NCBI GenBank assembly: GCA_946965045.2
Contig: OX337228.1
Location: 4,836,001-4,900,000, forward strand
Source: Epithemia pelagica
Taxonomy: Eukaryota; Protista; Bacillariophyta
Direction: 5' to 3'
DNA length: 64,000 nucleotides
A program made the translations under genes and the position numbers. The notes under the pieces were generated by a model. It had not been told where the DNA came from. It ran no database searches and was given only the letters and a program-made list of their open reading frames with translations. The number at the start of each line of letters is the position of its first letter. Position 1 is the first letter of the stretch. This document shows, one piece after another, positions 11,371 through 24,169 of the stretch.

Positions 11371-12205
11371 ACCTTAGTCGTCAATCACAGAAAAGAAAAT
11401 GTCAGACTGATAGATGAAATGAAAGGGACACTGGAGGCCGTCGTCGTTACCACGAACCAAAATTTCCAATGGTACCCGGACCAGATTGCTGTCGAGTATC
11501 CAAGGGAACGAATATATGTGGAGCACATGGCCAAAAAATGAGCGTCCGGAGTCCGGTTGTCAGAATTTTCGACACACATGCGCGCTATCGTGTTAGATAC
11601 GGATGGAAGCAATAATTCGTCCGGATCAATTCGCATGCATACATAGAGGGGCGGGCACTCGTAGCAAGTAGCAAGAGCAAGTAGATAGGACATAACTGCC
11701 ATCCACACCTTAGACTGCCTTAAGTATTCAATGAAGCATGCGCGGGAAGCGTTCATGGCCGTAAATCCAACTAATAATGGAAAAACGTACAACAAGATCG
11801 GCTCTCCTCCCGGGTCCGTTGGGGTTGGGAGTCATTTCCCAGTTTCCCATTCCCGGGTTCTGACGGAACACCATCTTAGTCGCTTTTCGGGTGCTGGTGC
11901 GAGTGCGAGCCGCTTTGCATCATTGGCGTGTCTTGGCGACCGGGCGTGACAGAGCGTGCCACGCCTTTTACATATGCCTTCGGATGCAACTCGCCGACAA
12001 CTTAAGATTCGAATACAAACAGATAGCTCTGCCGCAATAAGTGGGAGCCTTAAATAGTTTATTCTGTCGAAGAGGTTTGATAATAGTGTGGCTGTCTTTC
12101 TGCGATAAGCTCCTTTTACAGCGTAATACTCGTACATCAGCAGTTAGCAACGGTCGGCAAGATCGACAATGGAGTAAAGAAGTAACGAACCGCAGTCCGT
12201 AGTGC

Positions 12206-14002
12206 TTGTATTCTTCGATACAGAGACAATCATATCATAGGGACAGAATGAGATACGATCTTGCGTTTTTTCTGTGCTGTTGTAAATCGTTCTTGGGAGA
12301 TGACACGGGCGACAACGACTTTTATGGGATTCTGGACGTTGAACGGGATGCCTCCCAAGAAGAGATTAAGCGAGCTTACAAGAAGCAAAGTCTTCTAATG
12401 CATCCGGACAAGCTGGCTCAACGAGGGCTGACAGTGACGGACGAAGACCAAGCGAGATTCACTCGAATGAAAGAAGCGTATGAGGTTCTCTCCGACCCAC
12501 ACAAACGAGAAACATACAATGCTGTCGGCGAACGAGGCATGAAATGGATCGATGAGCCTTTCAGCATCGACCCTCAAGAACTTGCCCACAACTTTGCCAA
12601 TTCGTCAGTTTTGGATCGATCCAAAATTTTTTCCATCTTTGTGTTCTTTGCCGTGTCTGTTCTGATTCTTCCCTTTTTGGTTTGCCTTCATGTCGATGGT
12701 ATCTTCGGAGATGATGCTTCATGGTTTGCGACATTGACACCGCTGTGGCTCTGGGATACTTTCATCCTGTTTTATCACATTCGAGTAATACTTATGGGTC
12801 CTATTAGTCGACCCGAGCATATTCCGCCTGATGAATGGGTTGACCCTCTGCCGATGAAAAAGCGATTCTTCTCCCTTTTCCGATTTCTTCTTATTGTTGG
12901 TTTCGAAGTGTTGGTCACTATGAAGTTGGACGCCATTCTAGATCTTATGTGGTCCATAGTTTTTGTCCCATTGTATGTATGGGAATTGACTACACTCTTC
13001 AAGAAATGGCCGCTTGCGAGAATGCGCATTGTCACAGTGGAAGACCTTGAGCAAGCACTTGGTAAGCCCTTTACTCAGTTCACTCAAGCAGAAAAGGATC
13101 TTATTGGAAAGAGATACAATGTCGTCCCAAATTTGAGCAGTCCTGAGTTTGAGGCCGCTCAGAAACTCAAGGTTCGTGCTCGACATGATATCATTAAGAG
13201 CTTGTTCAGAATTGTCTTTGTTGTCATTCTTTTGGTTCAGCTCGATTGGGATTTGGACTGGAACTGGTGGCTCGTCTTTTCTCCTTTCTGGATCATAACG
13301 GTCCTCATCTGCTTTGCAAATTACCAAGCATTTGCTGAAGTTCAAGAAAACGCCCTCAAGAAAGACCCGAATCTTTTCCGACCAAAGAAGCCTGATGTAG
13401 AGACGGGTGAGGGCAATGCCACAAGTTACGGAGCAGTCGGTGCCAATGGTCAAGCAACACCCGAAGACGCTGCCGCTGCATCTCCATTGACCGAAGAAGA
13501 ACGGGAAGAACTGAAGGCACAAGTCATGGCAGGCAGTTCCAGACTTTGCAGCAAGTGTTGCTCACAAGGCTTTCTTCTACTGGTGGTTCTCTTGTTTGTT
13601 GGCAAATTAGAGGGAGCAGGCTTTTCGTCGCTTTGGATTATTTCACCGTTTCTTTTCATTGCCGGTATAATGTTGTGTTGTTTGGGATGTGCTATTTTTG
13701 GTATACAGGAGGTGCCAACCGATGGAGTGGAGTTCGACACAGCCGACTTCGGATACTCATCGACTGAAGCCAAACCAACTCAGGCAGGAATGCCCCAACA
13801 ACCAACTCAATCTAGCAACTATACTCCTCCTCAACAACAACCTCCTCCTCCTGCTGATCCTTCACCTGTGATAGTACCACCTCCACCGTCGACCCCCGAG
13901 CCATCAACAATACCAGCTACCACGGAACAGGCTGACCAATTATCAGGAACAGACGTCAATGCTGCACCAGGGCAAAAAGAACAGCTATCTGAACTTGATT
14001 AA
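12206..14002 (+). CDS. DnaJ (J-domain) protein fused to a multi-pass TMEM185/TMEM203-like membrane region
   Basis: DFYGILDVERDASQEEIKRAYKKQSLLMHPDKL...KEAYEVLSDPHKRETY (HPD intact), then repeated W-x-x-(V/I)(F/L)-x-P-(L/F)-W membrane hairpins and a P/Q-rich tail. The start may be the ATG at 12248. Confidence 0.85.
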   Translation: MYSSIQRQSYHRDRMRYDLAFFLCCCKSFLGDDTGDNDFYGILDVERDASQEEIKRAYKKQSLLMHPDKLAQRGLTVTDEDQARFTRMKEAYEVLSDPHKRETYNAVGERGMKWIDEPFSIDPQELAHNFANSSVLDRSKIFSIFVFFAVSVLILPFLVCLHVDGIFGDDASWFATLTPLWLWDTFILFYHIRVILMGPISRPEHIPPDEWVDPLPMKKRFFSLFRFLLIVGFEVLVTMKLDAILDLMWSIVFVPLYVWELTTLFKKWPLARMRIVTVEDLEQALGKPFTQFTQAEKDLIGKRYNVVPNLSSPEFEAAQKLKVRARHDIIKSLFRIVFVVILLVQLDWDLDWNWWLVFSPFWIITVLICFANYQAFAEVQENALKKDPNLFRPKKPDVETGEGNATSYGAVGANGQATPEDAAAASPLTEEEREELKAQVMAGSSRLCSKCCSQGFLLLVVLLFVGKLEGAGFSSLWIISPFLFIAGIMLCCLGCAIFGIQEVPTDGVEFDTADFGYSSTEAKPTQAGMPQQPTQSSNYTPPQQQPPPPADPSPVIVPPPPSTPEPSTIPATTEQADQLSGTDVNAAPGQKEQLSELD

Positions 14003-14038
14003 TTTCGTTAATAATGTTGTTTGAAATCATGTCGTTTT

Positions 14039-17000
14039 CTACCAGCCCCTTTTGATAAGAATGTTATTGCGTTTGCAAATGTTTCGAAAAGTGTCATCTA
14101 GATTCGCCAGCAACTTCCTGGAAGACACGTGAGAGTCAATAGATCCCAAGACCACTCAAGAGACAACGGAATAGTTTCTTACCTTGCAAGATCATAGAGG
14201 ACGGGATTGCTGGCTTTGTTGAAAGCCATGCAGTTTAGAAACACAAGTTTTAGGTCCTTCTGAAGGTCGCCTATGGTTTTGTAAGATGGGAGGCGGTCTT
14301 CTTCTATTGTTCGGAAGTCCATCGGTTCATCAATGATTTCGTTGTATGCATCTGCGATATCTGGGTACTCCTCTACGACAGGGCCCCCAAATGCTGCGTA
14401 TTGATCTTCTTTCCTCAGTTCCTCAAGAATCCAGTGCGCAAGAATTGATAATTCTTTGAGTTCAACATCGGGCCATTCTTTACTCGGAGGGAGATCTTCA
14501 TCATCGAGCCATCGTTTGCGCTTCCGAGAAGGAGGAGGTTTGGCTGTCGGTTTAAGTTGAGGCGGTTCCTTTCGCTTCTTCGACTTCTCTTGCTTCACGT
14601 TTTTCGTCTTCACTTCTGGTTCACTATCGAATTCAGACGACGAAGGGTCAACGTATGACTTCGTGGCAGTAGCGGATCGTCGTCGGGGACTCTGTCGCTC
14701 CTGCACGCCATGATTGTGTCCATTATCTGGACTCTGATCCCGCGAGCTATCAGTGACGTTGTCCTCAACGGAGGGAATGTTTCTCGATCTGGTCCTCGGC
14801 TCCGAGGCAAATGTGTCCGATCGCGCTGTATTTATGTCCTTGTTACCAGAGTTTCGCGTGCGCCGGCTACGACGACCCTCCAATTCCGGATCTCGGGCAC
14901 GACTTGAACCGGCATGCGAGACACGTCGAGTAGTGTTGGTTTCACGTTGAGATTTCCTTGTGGCAGTCTTTTCAAGGGGATTTCCATCCGTCTCCACAGG
15001 GGCTTTCATGGTCGAGCTTTTACGTGCTGGTCTTTTCTCCGAAGAACTCGAACTTGATTCGACTGAGTCATCGTCGCTATCAAAATGAAAGTCAGATTCG
15101 TCGCCCTGAGCCACTAATCCATCGCTTCTCCGCCTAGATGCGTCGTTACTCCTCTGAGCCCTTGTTCTCCTACCTCGTTCACGTCGGGATTGAGGTTCAT
15201 CCTGTGCGGATCGCCGCCGATTCGAGGCAAGCTCATTGGAATGAGACCTTGTTGCTCTAGTCGATCTCCGAGATTGAACAATATTGGCGGTTTCGTCACC
15301 GGATGAAGAGTCAGACGAAGTGTTTGACATGATGTGACGATCCGATAAGGCAGCACTGTCGCTTCCGTCGGCATCGCTTGTATTGTCGTCTTTATAATCA
15401 GATTGGTTGATTTCCTCCTCTGAATCATTCAAATTCTGTGATCTTGTTCGTTGACCAGACCGAAGTCTTGATGTACCAGAAATGCCACCACGGCGTCCGA
15501 TCCTATTTGAGTCCTCTTGTTCGTTCGTTGTGCTCACCCTTTCAGTCTGGTTCGTATTAGATCGAGAGGACCGGGATGATGATTGGTGGCGAGAACGAAT
15601 ACGTGACTCCTCGTTTCCCCCATTGTTCGACATGTTCAGAGTCCTACTCGATCTCAGAGAACGGCCGACTGGTTGACCACCGGGATTTCTGGCTGCTCGG
15701 CCCCGAATCCCGCCGTCCATAGCTACAACGGAGGCCGATGGTGGCTCAAGTACAGACAACTGAGACTCTTCTTGACGGCGTTCTCGTCTACCATGACTCC
15801 CTCTCACACTAGTTCGGCGGTGAGTAGTATTTGTCAAGTTGTTTGAGTCTGGTAGCGGCAGGTTTTCTAGAGCCGATGAGGTCCTTCTGATTCTAGTGGA
15901 TCGTCGACTTGTTCTTGGATGAATTCCTGATCCAAAAGAAGATGATCGCCCTGTGGACCTAGTTGCCTCATGAGTTTGAGCACTGGCCTGATCGGTGAAA
16001 GGAACGCGAACAGCCTGTTCACGAGTGCGACTATGTTTGCCTTCAAGCGCAGCTACTTCCACTTCCATTTGACTGTCAGTGAATTCTTTATATTCTTCAC
16101 TCGAAAGAATTGCTAATGAGAGCTTCTCGATCATTTGACCTGCGAGCCACGTCAACTCGCAATCACCATTGTATTTCAATGAGTTTTCCCTTATCAATTT
16201 GATGTCTGCAATCACACTCCAAGGATTGGAGTAGTAGTTGGATTCCAGTCGAGACTTCACAAAATCCAATGTCATGGGAACTTCTACTCTTGTAAGGTAG
16301 TCAGAGTACTTCCGAGTATCAACTGGGGCGAGGAAGCAATCTCTAACACCCTCCATATCTTGGATTTCTCTAAGCGCGTCTCTAACTTTCTTTTTCTGAT
16401 CATCTGACAATTTGGGTCGCTCGATAGTCTCAGTAGAATCTTTTCTCACCCTCACTTCCCATGGACTCAATGTATCCTTCGTACGTTCCCTATCCCATAA
16501 GACCTCAATTGTCTGATAACCACTACCACGCAGTGTCGGGTTACTTAAGGAGTCTTCGTCAAGGACATTTGTTACTGTAGCGGGAAAAAATTCGTAGAAC
16601 TCATTTGTGGGGTTCGAATAGGCAACTTCAACAAGAGGAGCGTCATCGTTGGCCAGAGCTTGTTCCAGAGACGACATCCTGGAAACGTAAAGGGACAAAG
16701 GCACAAGGAAATCAGTTTCATCGCTGACAAAAACGGCAACTTCGAAGTTGTGGAAATTCGCCGGTGTGATAAATGATGGTTTAGGCCATGCATCATCACC
16801 AGAAAGCTCCGGTATTCCGGTAAGTTCCAGGGATAAAATCGCGACTACACTGTCGCAAAATTTCTGCTCCGTATGCTTTCTCGGGTAGTATGCCTTGAAT
16901 GGGAACCTATAGCGAATATAGCGTATCAAACAGCGGACAACCGGCCACTCAGCTTCATCTGGCCAATTCTGCCATGGAGGCACCAAGCTCGGAAAATTCG

Positions 17001-20000
17001 TCATCGTCTCATGATGAGCGCGAGGAATGTATACAACAGAGTCACCAACCTGAGGACAATAGCATTTGGTACCATTGAAAGAAGAATCACTTTCATGCCG
17101 AAGAAGCCATTGGTTATGCACTCGTTGAGACTGAGATATCTTGAAATAATGGGAGTCATAATCAGAAGCAAAGGGGCCAGACGGAGTGTTGTTCGAGCTC
17201 ATAAACTGAACCAGTTCCTCGTCGGAAGACGGCTCTCCATCAACGTAACGTCGTCTCGTGTTTCGAGACGACTGTCGATTGGTAGTCATTGAGTTCTCTG
17301 CGGTTTCGTTCCCCAGAACCTCGGACTCTGAACTATCACTTTCATCCGCTTTTCTTTGGGGGTTCGTGTTTGTTTCCAGCTGGAAAGAAGCATCGTCAGA
17401 GTCTGGTTGTTCCTCATCGTTACTGTTCAACCCTTCCTCCATCAAAACGTCACTGTAATCCCTCCACCTCCAGTTCCGCGAGAGCTGTGGACTTGCCCGA
17501 GATGATTCGGGCTGTTCCGAACTTGTAGGCACCAATCCTGTGACGGAGGACGGAGGCATTTGTTCCCCTGAAGCAGACACAACGATTGTACTGCTGTGAT
17601 CATACTGTGCCACGATATTCCCTTTCTTAATTTTCTTTCGGCACCAAAGTCCAGATCTCCTCCTCCGATGGATTCTTTCCCATCGGACGCAGTGTTCTGA
17701 TAAAGGAAGAGGACCAGATAACGACTTGAAAGCGTTGCTAACAAGCTCGCCTGAAGGCGCACCTGAATGAGAACAGCGAACCGACCTGGGAGCAAGATGT
17801 GGTGGTTGCTCCGACCCTCTTTCAATACAGTAACCATCTGGGTCGTAAAGAAGCTCATAGTAGTCATTTGCGAAGTATTGCTCTCTCATCCACAAAGAGG
17901 TGCTCATATGTGGGATACCACAATTCAGAACTGTGACACGGCCACCATCATCAGTAAGAACAAGGTGTAACCCATCTGGAGAAAAACAACCATCTAGATA
18001 CGAACTGATTTGTCCTCGATCTCTAGCCTCTATTGGCCCGTATTCAACTATGTTCTGATGAACAAGAAGGCTTTTTCCTGTTTCAATATTCCATAGTCGT
18101 GCTTTACCATCAGCACCGGCAGAACACACAAGTGAAGGTTCCTTTGGGTGAGGGATTACCACAGCACACTGCTTGGTATGCGCACCCGCTATGCCAAGCA
18201 GGCATTGTCCCGTATGACTATCCCAGACAAAAATATACTGTGAACCCGGCAATATATCATTCGACGTTTGCTTTACCAGCTCGCACTGACTTGTTATGAT
18301 GCACTCATCATCTCGACACCAGATAGCGACGTCACATGATACGTTGCTTTCACTACCGCGGCTTGGTCCACGACGAGCACCGATGGGTATCTGCTGCTTC
18401 TGTGTCTTTGACGACATACTTGAAAGTTTGATAACAATATGAGAAACACGAAAGTTTCTTGCCGAAGGTGTGGTGATCATAGACCCTAATTCACGTTCAA
18501 CTTGACTAGGGTCACACGTGAATGACCATATTCTCACAACACCATCTTTCTGACTCGCGGAAAGGATACGATCACCGTTTGACGAGTAGTGAAGATCCGT
18601 AATAGCACTCAAATGGCCCTTCAGTGTGTTTATAAGGGTCGATGAAGATACCTTACTTGCGAAAGTTTGCCGAGATGCCGCAAACCCTGCTTGGACACTG
18701 GCTTGGTGGTCAGCCAATTCAACTGCCTCATCGTCATCCGCCGAGAAAACACGGCAAATTCCGTCGTCCGCACCAGTTGTGAAGTGCCCACCTGTCGGAC
18801 AAACAGCAACACACAACACTTTCACGGCAGCTCTCCTCGTCCGTGATCCTACTCCAGTCATACTTTCGTCACGAGAGACAGCACCATGTTGGTGCTTCGC
18901 GAGAAGACGGACACCTCGATCTATGGAATCTCCTGCTATGAACCGTCCCGGTTCGTTTGCTTGAGGAGGTAATGGAGGAACAGGAACTCCATTTTCGACG
19001 GGTGGTGGCAACGGAGGTAATGGGATAGGGGCGAGATTCTGTGGACCATCAACGTCTGGTGGAGGAGGTACCGGCTGAAGAGGAACGACGGAGTCGGTAT
19101 TTCTGCTCGTCTCCGCACTTGATTCATTTGTTTCCTGCTGAGGATTGAAATTATCACCGTCACGGTCTTCTACTACCTGATTCTGAGACATGGCCTTTTC
19201 CGAAAAGTGCTGAGGTGGAGCATCAGATTTGTCAGGGTTCGTCGTATCTGGCGGAGCTTTCAATTCCTCATGTGTTGCATGATTTATCGGCCTCTTGGCC
19301 TGGTGCTTTGCCAGACGATTCCCCCGTTTAGTCTTAGAGGAGCAGTAGTCTTTCCGATTGCCAAGTACAGACTTGTATTGTCTTACACAGGCTTCCTTTA
19401 CGTCCCACACTCTCGAACATCCATCCGAAGAGGCGGTTATAAGTCGATACGGAGTAAGATCAGACCAGTATACCATATTTGCCCCTCCCGTGTGACCCCG
19501 AAGTATGGCAATTGGTGTTCCATCCTTCAGACCCCATACTCTGCAATCGCCGTCATCGGATGCCGTCGCCAAAAAAGCGTTGTCCGAAGAAACATGGATA
19601 TCATTGATAACACCAGCGTGTCCACGAAAAGTACAAACAAGGACTGCACCAGCCATGAACGACGTCCTGTCAATGCCGCGACCCTTTGCGACGACATTGG
19701 ACCCCAGACAGTAGAGTTTCACAAGGTAGTCGTCAGCACCTGTAATGAAATAGCGACCTGTTCGATCAAAGCGCATACAGTAGATTGGATATGACAAATG
19801 TGTGTTGATTGTGGCACCATGAGTAAATCTGGATTCTAGATGGTCTTTCCTCACGACAGCAGCCGAGAGGGAACTCCCCAAAATCCCCCTTGATACCCGA
19901 TGTTGCCCCATCCCCGACGGCCGGAGACCGATTTGTCTCAACATGAGAGCATTCTGTACAGCGTTTGAAGGGTAGTGAGACCGAGAAGCAGTAATGGGGT

Positions 20001-21167
20001 CGTGATACTTTTGAACAACTCTTGTGAATCTATGATAGCTTGAATAAGCTTGTGCTTTCGAACGAGCAAGTGACATTTTATCAGTGTCATGTTGATCTCC
20101 AATAATTGCAAGTTGACGATTGAGCTGCGATATGATCCGAACGCAGTTCTGGATATTCTCCTCTCGTACATCCATTGCTCTCATTTCGGCCGATATCGAT
20201 CCATTAGTTCTCGAATTAGCATGTCCCAGAGAAGGTACCGATTCTTTCTTTTTGCCCTGATCTTCGCATTCTGCAAGGATGCGTTTTTGATACTGCAAAG
20301 ACCTTTTCAGTCTACGGAGTTGATTCGATTGAGCAGTGAACTGATCTCTCAACGCAAGGAATGCGCGACATGATTCTGCTGCGTCCGCCCGTGATGCCTC
20401 GTAAAAGGAAAAGATAGTCAATTCATTGCTTTCTGTTGAGCCTCCATTCTCTCCTGACTTGCCAGTCAAACCCGACAAAGCTGGTCGATGCAAGGCAGAG
20501 TATGCCACATGGCTTGCACCCAGCTTTCTGTTGCTATCAGTACCATCAACATCTATTGCATCCTGTACAGTACGGCCTGAGATCGGGTTCGTTATCTTTT
20601 GGCTGCGCTTTTCGGCTCCCAATGTCAACAGATTTGGTGGATTGAGACCTACAGAGCCAACTGCTACGTCTGACACCAAGGAGGATTGTACAAGTTGATG
20701 CAGTTGATCATTGGGACAAGAAGAACCCCAGCTGCGCCGTACGTCAGCATATGTGGCATTTCTGGTGATCTCTCTGGAAGATGATGTCCCTCGAAACGAA
20801 GGTTTGGGTTCCACGAAAGAGGTCTTAAAGGAAATACAAAGAGGATGGGAATAAGTTCTTCAGACCAAAGATGGCTCACCGTATTTGACTGTGAAATGCG
20901 AAAAGATCGCTTCAAACATACCTGAGAAACAGTTCCAAATAGACCCGCATCAGAGAAAGCTGAAGCTAATTCAGACGCTGCATGTCGTATCCGGGCTGCG
21001 AATGATGGATCGTCTTCATGTTCGGACAAGTTTGCCAGCCAACTTGTAATGAGAAACGGCATGTCGCCTCCTCGCCCCAGGCCTGCCTCTGAGACCAACG
21101 ACAGCGGAAGAGGCAGAGCCCGTACCACAGATTTACTGGCCTCATTGGATTTACTTGATTCCGGCAT
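14039..21167 (-). CDS. BRWD1/PHIP/BRWD3-like WD40 + Tudor-like + two-bromodomain protein (exons 21167-20922, 20823-14183, 14117-14039; ~2321 aa)
   Basis: N-terminal PFLITSWL segment (track ORF 20664..21167) splices CAG|GTATGT..TAAG into the 2211-aa ORF. WD40 repeats (FRGHAGVINDIHVSSDNAFLATASDDG), YFANDYYELLYD, CPQVGDSVVYIPRAH, and bromodomains (FLAPVDTRKYSDY..PMTL; YNEIIDEPMDF..NCMAFN). A last intron (GTAAGA..CCAG) completes bromodomain 2. Confidence 0.92.
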
Positions 21168-21452
21168 TGCAATTGACCCTACCTAGTCAATCTCTGTTTC
21201 CTTGTCCACGGCTGACCGAAGCGCTCCCCTCTGCATGGATGGAGATGGAAGAAACGCGACATCAATTGTGGTCACCGCGTGCCGCGTGCTGGCAAACTTT
21301 CATTCCGAGCGGGTAAAATCTCGAGTACAAACAAAAAGGATCTAAAAGGCGTAGTCTATGACATCTCAGTATTATTTTAGGCGTCTAACTCCAAGATTAT
21401 TGGAGCCATAGACGATAGACTAGACTACGAGTAGATGTAAAAGTACCCATGA

Positions 21453-22592
21453 TCAAATCTGTCCTCTAAGATTTAAAAGGTCCTTGTCCAATGCTTTAAG
21501 TTTCAACCGAACTTGAAGACGCTCTTCTCTTTCTCGTTCAACTTCGTTTAGTCGCCTAGACGTGTCAAATTCAGCTCGCTTTTGAGCTCTCAATGTACTT
21601 CGAGGGATAAACTCTTCGCCTTTTGGATTAGCTTGCGGTGAGGAATATGTGCTGTCCAAGAGATCTTCTCCGCGAATCTTTGAAGAAGAAGACAATGCCA
21701 TTGAAGTCTCATTTGTACTTGCTTTCTGAGGATCTGTTTGTGGCACTTTAGGTCTTCTCATCCCAAGTAACGGAGAGACAGGCACGGTAACTTTGCGTTT
21801 TGGCACAAAAGGTAGGCCCATAGCTCCGCTACTACCAGATTCCCCTGTCGTTTTAGGAAGAGGCCTTGCTTTGAAAGATGACTGCTCTGGAGCACTATGC
21901 TGTTGAGACGGAGGTCTTTTCATTCCAAGAGGAGGAGATATCGGAATTGTTGTTGGTCTCTTCTTAACCATTGGTAAGCCCATTGTACCCCAGTGACCGT
22001 CTTTTGCTGTCGTCTTGGGAAGAGGTTTGGCCTTGAACGAATTTTGGTTAAGATTCTGGAGCGGTCGTCGTTCTTGTCCGTTCTTGCTGGTTGTTGAATG
22101 TCCTCTTTTTCCGATCAACGGAGATCTCGGTACTGTTGATGGCCTCGTTTTGATGAAGGGAACGCCCCAAGTTCCTGAGGACTTCGAACTTTCGGGAACT
22201 GGACGTGCTTTGAATGATGACGTTTCTGTAGTTCTTACGTTGTTCTCACAGGAACTCTCAACTTGTTTGCTTTGGTCGCATAATATCGCTTCTGCTGTCG
22301 CAATAGCCTCTCGGTTTTCTCGTTCCTTCGCGACAATGGTGTCACGAAAACGAACCACATCGGCCACTCTACGGGCTGCAGCGTCCCGGATATGTTTGAA
22401 AAATACGCGTGAAGACGCTCCGATCAAATTTTTAACAGCTTCAATATCCTGATGTCGAACAACGCTTTCTTCGGATTGAGGATTGATTTCTTGTTCATGA
22501 TCTTCAGCGGAGACGGAGATTTCGTGGTCCCTGTCCTTATGAAGATCGGGAAGAACAGTCGAAGATGCGCCTTGGTTATCTAGAGCAGCCAT
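21453..22592 (-). CDS. TPX2-family microtubule-associated protein
   Basis: Three FKA(R/K)P(V/L)P...G(V/L)P...T(V/I)PxSPxLG repeats and a C-terminal FIPRSTLRAQKRAEFD..E.ERE helix typical of TPX2 domains. Confidence 0.75.
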   Translation of the reverse strand: MAALDNQGASSTVLPDLHKDRDHEISVSAEDHEQEINPQSEESVVRHQDIEAVKNLIGASSRVFFKHIRDAAARRVADVVRFRDTIVAKERENREAIATAEAILCDQSKQVESSCENNVRTTETSSFKARPVPESSKSSGTWGVPFIKTRPSTVPRSPLIGKRGHSTTSKNGQERRPLQNLNQNSFKAKPLPKTTAKDGHWGTMGLPMVKKRPTTIPISPPLGMKRPPSQQHSAPEQSSFKARPLPKTTGESGSSGAMGLPFVPKRKVTVPVSPLLGMRRPKVPQTDPQKASTNETSMALSSSSKIRGEDLLDSTYSSPQANPKGEEFIPRSTLRAQKRAEFDTSRRLNEVEREREERLQVRLKLKALDKDLLNLRGQI

Positions 22593-22799
22593 ATCGTGAG
22601 TGGATCAATACTATGAACTTGCCAATTCCTTTGTTTCGTACTCCTTCAAGACTTACCAAGATCTGTCATTTGCTGTCACCTTCTTCTACTCTTTGTTTGC
22701 CCTCGTCAATGATGAATGAGAGCGTGATGTCTGTCTATCTACCCATGTCGAAAATGTGAGCGTCTCAGCCTCTCCTCGCGCACCGCGCCCCCCGTTTCC

Positions 22800-22930
22800 G
22801 CCCTCTAACTCTAGCTAGCTATCGTTGCTACCCTTATATCGCTCTCTCAACTCCAGAGGAGCTATACCTCCAGCTCTAGAGACTCCTCTAGTAGGATTAG
22901 CTAGCTAGGAGTACTCTAGAGAGCTCTAAT
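22800..22930. repeat. CTAG/TAG-rich low-complexity intergenic tract
   Basis: ctctagctagctatc...ctctagagactcctctagtaggattagctagctaggagtactctagagagctct; similar tracts occur at other gene boundaries in the window. Confidence 0.7.
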
Positions 22931-24169
22931 AAAGAGTATTGTAGGGCTTCATAGGGTCTTATCCTTCTCTAAACGAAGGTAGTCTAAGTGGTATGGGCAA
23001 CGCTTTGAACATTCATTCTCAATAATGAACAACGTCCTTTTCGGACAAGCGACTGTTGAATCCTATGGTAATATATCGGCCTTAAACCCCTTGCCTTCCG
23101 AGACAAGTGCACCAGGAAAAGAGGCACATGGCAAGAGCATGCAATTTGATACGGCGAATTTCGTTAGGCTTGTCCCGGCCGCAACCTGCAACAACAATAG
23201 TCCACAAATTGGTCCGCTCAAGGTGTTGTCTGGGGGCTAGAACCCTTCCATGGAACAACGCGCTTTAGAGAGGAGCTTCATTCACCACGTCGTCCAAGCC
23301 ATCTTTTATGATCAATACCAGTTCTAATCGCTTTGGTGCTCCTATGCGAACCCTACCATCTATTCTTGACCATGCGAGCCATATGGATGATCCATTAAAT
23401 TAGGTAAATTCCATTGGAAAATCATCATAGACGAGCCGTCGACAAGACGATAGCCTGTATGGTTTAGGCAAATAGGTTAGAAAAATAGTTGCACGATGTA
23501 TCGTCGTTATGACTCGATCAATTTCCAACAATAGAAGCTAAGTGCGTTCTGACAAAAGAATGTCATGGAAATCAGCCTTAAGGACAGCGAAATGACATTT
23601 ACCCAATAACAGACAATCAAGGCAGAACGCCACATGACCGATTCGAATCTATGTCCATCTTCATCTGCCAGAGTGTCTGGGCGTCGTCGCCATCAAACTA
23701 AGGTATATAACATGTACCCTGACGCGACGCAATGATTCTCTGGATTCATCCTCCTCAACATGGAACGGGTTTCAGTTTCAAGTAGCCTCATCAGAATCTT
23801 ACCTGCATCATCTTGATAACACGATGGCGGCGATAGTGTCTACTTGGTGGGGTGTGGGCACAGGGGTGTTAGTTTCAAAAGGCAGCAATATGATTGGGTT
23901 AGAAATGTCGTTTCACAAAAAATCACTTAGGAAACAAATGTCGTTACAAGTGTCTTACCGTGTCCCGGGAACCCATCGAATCACGGACAAAAAACATGGA
24001 GGGAAGATTCCATCAGCCGATCCGGTCGGTCCTTCACGGTCGCCCATGGCATGGCCAAGTCAACCATTGCGACAAGTCCTCTTCTGACCATCTCATGACC
24101 CTTTTGAGCATGGTCAGAAGCCTGGAAAAGAGGATACACTTCAATAAGTTAGAATAACAAATAGAGATC

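Noticed and set aside
11385-11874. Possible upstream exons or a separate small gene (MVFRQNPGMG...; ORF 11385..11795)
   Set aside because: I could not find a phase-compatible GT-AG path into ORF 10003..11370, and no domain was recognisable.
14600-20700. Many 60-200 aa ORFs in the track nested within or antisense to long genes (here and throughout the window)
   Set aside because: Shadow ORFs of the long coding frames with no independent motifs.
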